Shown piece after piece: positions 33,205 to 39,820 of a stretch of 39,820 bases of DNA. The notes under the pieces were generated by a model. It did not search any database. It was not told the DNA's origin and worked only from the letters and a program-made list of their open reading frames with translations. The stretch's first letter is position 1. Each line of letters starts with the position of its first letter. Origin of the DNA: Cyanophora paradoxa CCMP329. Taxonomy: Eukaryota; Plantae; Glaucophyta. The stretch lies in contig QPMI01000383.1 of the NCBI GenBank assembly GCA_004431415.1, positions 1-39,820 of the forward strand, given 5' to 3'. Position numbers and translations under genes: made by a program.

Positions 33205-34876
33205 TCACTCCTCTGCAGCCGAGGACGCGATGTCGCGCCCGCACGGGGCGGGACCGCGCCCCGCCCCCTCCCCGCCCTCGGCCGCCGGGCCCGCGGCTTC
33301 TGTCTGTACGCACACGGATCTCCAGGAGCGGGGGGGCGTGGCCGTGGGCGTAGCCGCGGCCGCCGGCGCGGCCGCCCGCACGGGCCGCTGCGCCTCCGCC
33401 GCCTCCGCCTGCCTGGCGAGCAGCTGCGCGCGGCGTCCTCGCGATCAGCGGAAACCAAGCACCGGGCAGGACCAGAGCGCGCACGCGGTCGATGCGGCGC
33501 TGCTTCCGAACGAGGAGCTCTTCCAGCAGCGCGCACATCCGCGCCACGCTCGCCTGCGCGGCGCTGAGCCCGAGCGCCAGCAATGCCATCCGCGGCAGGG
33601 GTGCACTGGGCGCCTGCCACTGGAGGGCGAACTCGGCGGCGGCGGAGGGGGCGGCGCCGCTCTCGGGAGGTCGGTGCCAGCCGAGCTCGAGGCGCGAGTC
33701 CGGGTCCCACCTGCAGGCGGAGGCCCATCAGTGTGTGAAGCGGAGGGGGGCGATCTCCAAGGGCGGACCGGAGGAGGAGGTCGACGAGGAGCCCCTCGCC
33801 CGCCCGCATCGCGTCCACCTGCACCGTGCTCGCCTGCGGCACGCACGCGGGGTCGAGGGCGCGAGCGCCGCCGGCGCGTGCCCACGCACGGCGCTGGCGG
33901 TGACTTCGGCGGCGCCGGCCGGGGCGAAGGCGGGCGGGCGGGAGGGTGTGGAGGGGCCGGGCGCGGACGGGGCGGCGCCGCAGGGCCCGAAGAGCAGGTC
34001 GGCCTCCTCGTGGAGCCCCTGCGCGTGCTCCTCCCCGTCCGAGGAGCCCTCCACGTCGCTGCGCGCGCGCGCGCGCGCGAGTGCGAGCGCCGCGAGTCGG
34101 AGGTTGACGCATGCGGCGGGTTGGTCTTAACACACCTGCACCATCCTTGAGTCTTCACGTCGCTCGCCATCGCCCGTTGCGATCGGGCGAGGGCGCGCGG
34201 CTTCGCGGCCGCGGGAGCGGCGGGTCCCTCCCCCGCGGCGCGCCCTTTGCCCTTCTTCGCCTCCCGGCCTGCCTTGCGGTCGCGCGCCTGCTGCGCCTCG
34301 ACGGCGGCGCGGCGTCCCGCCAGGAGGAGGTCGAGCCTGCACTTCGACGCAGCAAGCGCGTCCTCGGCCTCCCTCCTCCGCGACTTCTCTCTCGCCACCT
34401 GCGCCGCCCGCATGTCAGTCGTAAAGATGCACTGTGCAGAAGACGAAGCCGCACCTCGTCCTGGAGGGCACGCAGGGCGCGTCCGACGTCCTGATTTCTC
34501 GCGGCTTCGAGCAGGTCGTAGTAGCTCTCGGAGTCCTCCCGGGACCTCTCCGCCGCGTCGGCAAGCGCACTCGCAACGGAGCGACAGCGCCTCTCCGACG
34601 TCTCCGCCCTTCCCGTTACCTTCTCGACCTGCGCCGCGCATGCACAGTGCATAACATCGCCGCTCGCGCGCGGAGAGCTACTGCACAGCGCGACCGCTCT
34701 GCAGACCTCGCCGTGAAGCGCGTTAATAAGCTGCAGAGCGATGCGCAAGTTGGACGTCAGAGAGGCGGGAACGCGCGCCTGATCGGCTGCGCGGACCTGC
34801 AGGTTCGCATCGAGCAGCGCGCGGTAGCTCTGGATCTCGTCAAGCAGCACTGGGCGGTCGAAGCTAGCCGGGCGCA
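33205..34876 (-). CDS. Hypothetical coiled-coil protein
   Basis: Exons join through canonical-looking short introns: MRPASFDRPVLLDEIQSYRALLDANLQ..DLLEAARNQDVGRALRALQDE-VAREKSRRREAEDALAASKCRLDLLL..ALLEELLVRKQRRIDRVR..DIASSAAEE*. No family recognised. The start could instead be ATG 35008. Confidence 0.55.
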
Positions 34877-35020
34877 TTGCAACCGCAAGCTTAAGCGGGG
34901 AAGCGAGCTGTTTGTAGGGGGGAGCCAAGCTGGGGGGGCTACCGCGCACAAGTCAGGTCGATGGCCGCGCGCAGCTGCAATGGCCGCGAGAAGCGCTTGA
35001 GATAGCATATTCAACGCGGG

Positions 35021-38000
35021 ATGCAGTCTAGCCAAAGCGGAACCTCTCGCACGCACGATGCCGATGTCGATATGTACGCGAGACAGGCGGTCGAAACCGT
35101 CCGGCAGTTCATCCTCGCGCGCGGGGGAAAGTTGGAAATCGTCCGCGCCCCCTTCGTGCGCGCGCATACCTTCCCCTCGGCCGCTCACCCCGCTCGCTCG
35201 GTCGCAGACTAAGCTCGGCGGCGCACTCGCGAACGCGACGCACCAGATGAAGCAGGCGGTGAAGACGAAGTACGGCGGCCTAAAGCAGTTGTGCGCCCGA
35301 GAGCTTCGCCTGGAGCACGGAGTCGTGTACGTCGATGGAGGCCGAGGCGCCTTCGAGGACCGCAGGCAGCCGCCGGCTCCGCCGCGGCTCGAGGAGGCCG
35401 CCGCGGGGCCGTCGAGCGGGGCCGGGGGTCAGCAGGCGGGCGGGGGCGAGGGCGAGGAGGGCGGGGAGACGCTGGGCTGGACGATCGACCGGACGGGGGA
35501 CTTCGATCGCGCGGAGCTGAGCGACGAGCTGGCGCGGCGCCAGAGCGAGGCCCTCATCTACTCGATCTTCGGGGAGGACGAGGAGGGCGAGGAGGAGGGG
35601 GGCACGGCAGCGGTGCCCGCGGCGCCCGCGGCGTCCCCGTCGCCTCTCGGGGCCGGGGACGCGGGGGCCGCGGACGAGTACGAGGACGCGACGGACGGGG
35701 CGAGCAGCGTAGGGGCCGCCTCCGGGTGCGCCCCCCGCCCCCGCCCCCGCCCCCGCGCTGCTCCGAGCGACCTTCGGCGCGGCAGCGCTGTGGAGATCGT
35801 GGAAGCGGACGAGGGGGAGGAGGAGGAGGAGGAGGCGGGGGAGGCCGAGGCCGAGGCGCGCCCCGCGCTGGCCGGCGCGCGGGGCCGGCCGGCTGACGGG
35901 GCGGCAGGGCGGGGAGGAAGAGCGGGCGCGGGCGATGCTCGCGCGCATCGTCCGCGAGGCCCAGGCGCGCGCCTCGGCCGCGCAGGCCGAAGCCGAGCCG
36001 GAGGCGGAGGCGGAGCCCGGGGCGGAGCCGGAGCCGGAGCCGGAGGCGGAGCCGGAGCCGGAGCCGGAGCCGGAGGCGGAGCCGGAGCCAGAGCTGGAGG
36101 CTGAGGCGGAGCCGGAGGCTGAGGCTGAGGTCAGGGGGGAGGCTGCAGGAGAGGAGGAGGAGCGGCCGCCTGGCGTGGAGGCGGAGGCGCGCGCGGGGCG
36201 GGCGCACGCGGGAGCGGCCGCGGAGGAGGAGGAGGAGGAGGAGGCCCCACCCGGGGCAGTGGTGGAGGAGCGGGCCCCGCCGGCTGTGCAGGCAGCGGCC
36301 CCAGAAGCGGCTGTGGCGGCGGCGGCGGCGGCTGGCCAGAAGCGGAAGGCGGCGGAGGCAGAGGAGGAGGAGGAGGAGAGGGGGCGGGAAGATGCACCGC
36401 AGGCGAAGCGGGCGCGCGGCGAGGCGGGGCGGGGCGGGGCCGGGCCGGGGCCGGGGCCGAGCAGCGTGGCGCGGTGGTCGCCGCCGTCGGCGGCGCGCGA
36501 GGCCGAGCACCCGCGCGCCGGCCCCAGCCGCCACGAGCACGGGCACGGCCACGGGCAGGGCAGGGGCAGGGCCCGCCCAGCCTCACCACCCTCCTAGCCC
36601 GCTTCGGGTGCGCCTCATCCCCCGCCCCGCCCGCCCCGCACCGGCCCTCGAGCGAGGGCGGGCAGGGCGATCGTGGCGTCGGACGCGGCGGCGCGGGCGT
36701 GGCGCCCCGCGGGGCCCCGCCGCGGCCGCCGAGGCGTACGTCACCTCCCTCGCCGCCGCCCTCTCCGTCGTCAACCAGGTGCCCCCGCCCGCGCCCCTCG
36801 GCGCCCTCGGCGCCCTCCTGGCCCGACGCGGCGGCGGCGCCCCCGCAGCTCGTCTCCTCGCCGACGACCGCCGAGGACGTCTTCGCTCTCCTCTTCCGCC
36901 GCCTGCCCCCGGAGGCGAGCGAGGCGGCGCCCGGCAAGGCGCGCGCGAGGCAGCGCCCTGACCGGCGCGGCGCGGGGCGCAGGCGGCGGCGATGCTCGGG
37001 GCGACGGCTGCGCCTGGCTCGAGCGCATCATCCTCAGCGCCGACGGGCGAGCCCCCGCCCGACCTCCCCGGCCCCCGCGTCGAGAGGCCGATCGCCGCGC
37101 AGGGCCTTCGAGGAGTGCCGGACGGGGGACGGGCGGCGCGGCTTCGTGCTCCGCCCGGGGCCCGTCGGCGCGCGCCTCGCCGCCCGCGCCCTTACTGCCC
37201 TCGCGCCCTCCACGTGCGCCCCGCCCCGCCCCGCCCCGCCCCGGCCCCCGCCCCGCCAAGCTGAGGCCGAGCGGCGCAGCGGAGTCGCCCTCCGGCCCTT
37301 CCCCGAGCAGGCAAACACGACCCCTCCGTGCCCCCTCGCCTCGCCTCGCCTTGGCGGGGCGCTCAACCCCGGCGTGTGCAGATGGCGGGGCTGGTGGAGC
37401 GGGCGCGGGAGCTGCAGGGGCGCTCGGGGGCCCTCCTCGCCGCCCCCGAGTCCCTCGAGTCCATCAGGGCCCGCCCCACTCCCCGCTCCCCGCTCCCCGC
37501 CCCCCGCGCCGATCGCCGGCGCCGGCCCCGCAGGAGGGGAACATCTTCGCGCGAGAGGCCTTCTCGCTCCTCGAGGACGCCTGCCGGTGCCCCCCGCCCC
37601 GCCCCCGCCTCCTGCGCTCCCTCCGCCGAGCCCTCGGGGGGCAGGGAGGTGTGCTACCACCGGGGCCCGACGGTGCCGCTGCACGACCTCGGTGCCTACC
37701 TCAAGTGGCTCGTCGCCTCCGGCACCATCTCCCCGCCCCTCCAGGCACGCAGCTTTGCTCTTTGCGGCTGTACCCCCGCAGCGGAAGGAAGACCGCACCC
37801 CCGCAGGGCCGCCTCGACCGCCTCTGGAAGCTCCGCAACACCGCCTCCCACGGCGAGGCCGTCCGTTCCCCCATCCCCCTTACCCCTTGCGGATCCCAAC
37901 CCCGTACCCCCCGCAGGTGCTCCTCCGGGCCGAGATCGGATTCGACGCCATCGCCGTCACGTGCGATCTCCTGCGGTACCCTTCCCCCCCCCCCCCCCCC

Positions 38001-38863
38001 CCCCCCCCCGGCCTCCCTCGAGTCGAGCCGGCAGGGAGGCGTACCCCTCCGCCGACCTCCCGGAGGAGCTGCCCGGCGTGGGGCCGCAGCCGCCGCGCCC
38101 CCCGGCCCCCGCCCCTGAGCTCGGCCTGGTACCCCCCTCTTCCCCCCGGCGCCTCGTCCCGGGCCCGGCTGACCCCGCGCGCGCGGTGCAGCCGGGCCCG
38201 GGCCCCCAGGCCCCCTCCTCCTCCTCCTCCTCCTCGGCGCCCGTGCCGCAGCGGCCCTCGGCCGAGTCCTCCGCCCCCACCAAGAAGCAGAAGAGGAAGC
38301 TGCGGCAGCAGGGGGGGATGGCCCTGCCCGGCCCTCCCCACGCCCACGCCGTGCGCCCCCCCCGCACCCCCCCGTCTTCCGCCTCCGACGCGCCCGCGCA
38401 GGACTACACGCCCCGCCATCAGGCGCGGCCCTGGGCGGGGCACCAGAGCCGCGGCCCCCCGGCCCGGACGCCCCCCGCTCCCCACGCCCCCCCGCCGGCC
38501 CGGACGCCCCCGCGGCGCCCCCGCAGCGCGGGGCCCTACGCGCCGCCGGCAGCGCCGCGGGAGGCGCAGGGCCCTCCCCCCGGGTTCCTGGGCCAGGCGG
38601 GGGCGCCCTTCGGGGCCTTCGGGCAGCACGGGGCGCCCCACTTCCCGCCCCTCGGGGACGCCCTCTTCCAGGGCCAGCTGCAGCTGCAGGCCCCGCCCTT
38701 CTTCCCCGGCCCGCCCGTACCCCCCGCCCACCTCCCCGCCCTCCACCCGCCGGCCCCCGCCCCCAGCCCGGGGCCCCCTCCCCCCGGCCTGGCGCCGCCC
38801 TTCCTCCACGCCCCGGTACTGCCTTCCCCGCTCGCCGTCTCTCCGACCAGCGCCCCCCGCTGA
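35021..38863 (+). CDS. Multidomain protein: N-terminal winged-helix (OST-HTH/LOTUS-like), acidic EP/EA linker, HEPN-like domain with RxxxxH, Pro-rich tail
   Basis: N-terminus AVETVRQFILARGGKLEI-TKLGGALAN..KQAVKTKYGGLKQLC. Spliced 37383-37975 reads ..AREAFSLLEDAC-REVC..LHDLGAYLKWLVASGTISPPLQ-GRLDRLWKLRNTASHGE-VLLRAEIGFDAIAVTCDLL. The gene itself is well supported by splice sites; the domain calls are by motif only. Confidence 0.68.
35988..36130 (+). repeat. Coding hexamer repeat GAGCCG/GAGGCG encoding (EP/EA)n
   Basis: Directly visible; translates as AEAEPEAEAEPGAEPEPEPEAEPEPEPEPE. Confidence 0.9.
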
Positions 38864-39244
38864 TCCTCGCACGTGCACCGCGCCAGTAGCCGGCATCCGC
38901 GGCCGCCGCTGCGCCGCAGGGGCCGGGGGCGCGGCGCTTCCGCAAGTGGTGGCCCCCCGCCTGGCCCTGGGTCGACTGCTTCTCCGGCGGCAACTAGCGC
39001 TGGCGCCGCCCATCCCGCGTCGCGCCGCTGCTGTAAAGGATCGAGCTTGACCGCGAGCGGGATCGCAATTAATTCGCAAGCTGACCACTGAGCCGCCGGG
39101 TCTCCGACGCCGAAAAATGCCCAAACGTGCCCGAAATGGACCCTCCGAAGCTCATTTCCAAATTTCCCACGGGCCCGAATTGGCGAGCATGGCGCGGGGC
39201 TTTCCTCATGATCAACTGCAGAGCGACATGCACGAGCGGCTGGG

Positions 39245-39820
39245 CTACGGGCGGGGGCCGGTCGAGGCCGAGCGGGCGGCGAGCTGCGCCACCCCCTCGA
39301 CGATCTGGCGGGGGCGCCGGTCTGAGCCGGCGCCGGCGTGCGGGGCGGGGCGGGGCGGGGCGGGCGGGGCGGGCGCACGCGGGCCTCGGCGTCGCGGAGC
39401 AGCCGCTCCAGCGCCCTCGCCACCTCCGCCCCCTGCCCCGCCGCCCCGTGAGGCGCGCAGGGCGCTTTGGGCGGTCGGGCGCACGCCGGAGACGCTGCCG
39501 CCGGCCTCGGCGGCCTTCGCGTTCCGCCGCGCCGCCATCTCCTCGTACGGCCCCGGCAGCGCCCTGCCCGCCCCGCCCCACCCCGCTCCAGGCCGCCCCG
39601 CAGGGCGCGGGGCGGCGAATGCGGGTGTGCACCGGGCGAGGAGGCCGGCGCGGGTGCGGCGGTGGGCGATGTCGAAGTCCTCGGGTCGGGCCTTCGGGTG
39701 GCGCGAGGGGCGCCGGGGCCCCGGGGCGCCCTCCGAGGCCACCCGCCGCGGCAGCAGCCGCGCGCAGGCGCCCCTGCGCATGGCGGCCCCGCGGGTGAGC
39801 CCCGGGCGGGGCGCGCGGGG
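39245..39820 (-). CDS. 3' end of a hypothetical multi-exon gene, truncated by the window edge
   Basis: Exon-like pieces ..KARPEDFDIAHR / ALPGPYEEMAARRNAKAAE / VARALERLLRDAEAR / IVEGVAQLAARSASTGPRP* separated by ~60-nt GT-AG introns. Confidence 0.55.
   Translation of the reverse strand, partial: PRAPRPGLTRGAAMRRGACARLLPRRVASEGAPGPRRPSRHPKARPEDFDIAHRRTRAGLLARCTPAFAAPRPAGRPGAGWGGAGRALPGPYEEMAARRNAKAAEAGGSVSGVRPTAQSALRASRGGGAGGGGGEGAGAAAPRRRGPRAPAPPAPPRPAPHAGAGSDRRPRQIVEGVAQLAARSASTGPRP

Noticed and set aside
34061-34079. (CG)n run as a Z-DNA regulatory element
   Set aside because: Short, probably intronic, and unsurprising at this GC content.
131-38035. Introner-type mobile introns
   Set aside because: Introns share length and composition, but I saw no pair with extended sequence identity or terminal inverted repeats. 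An all-vs-all alignment would be needed to exclude this fully.

Overview
Gene-dense, very GC-rich eukaryotic genomic DNA. It looks like an alga or protist; a glaucophyte-like genome is a guess from composition and intron style only. Genes are split by many short (~55-95 nt) spliceosomal introns, so the raw ORF track is mostly misleading and all models below were spliced by eye. In order: THOC2 (+), START-domain protein (-), six-FN3 protein with a DNAJB12-like N-terminal helix pair (-), multi-TM hybrid histidine kinase (+), DUF3825-like protein (-), small coiled-coil protein (+), a ~3 kb non-coding island with a 40-bp minisatellite, bHLH-ZIP factor (+), secretory-pathway cyclophilin (-), sucrase/ferredoxin-like (Apd1/Aim32 family) protein (+), coiled-coil hypothetical (-), a winged-helix (OST-HTH/LOTUS-like) + HEPN-like protein (+), and the 3' end of another gene (-). 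The most notable observations are: (1) a single-nucleotide exon at 31024 in the cyclophilin gene, between two 60-nt introns, plus 5-, 15- and 17-nt microexons and frequent GC-AG introns; (2) an intron-rich gene encoding a putative HEPN RNase with an intact RxxxxH motif that joins the rest of the domain only after splicing; (3) an intron-containing DUF3825-like gene 12 kb away, a domain described in bacteria together with OST-HTH domains. Some single-base deletions look like assembly errors. No database searches were possible, so all domain calls come from motif recognition.
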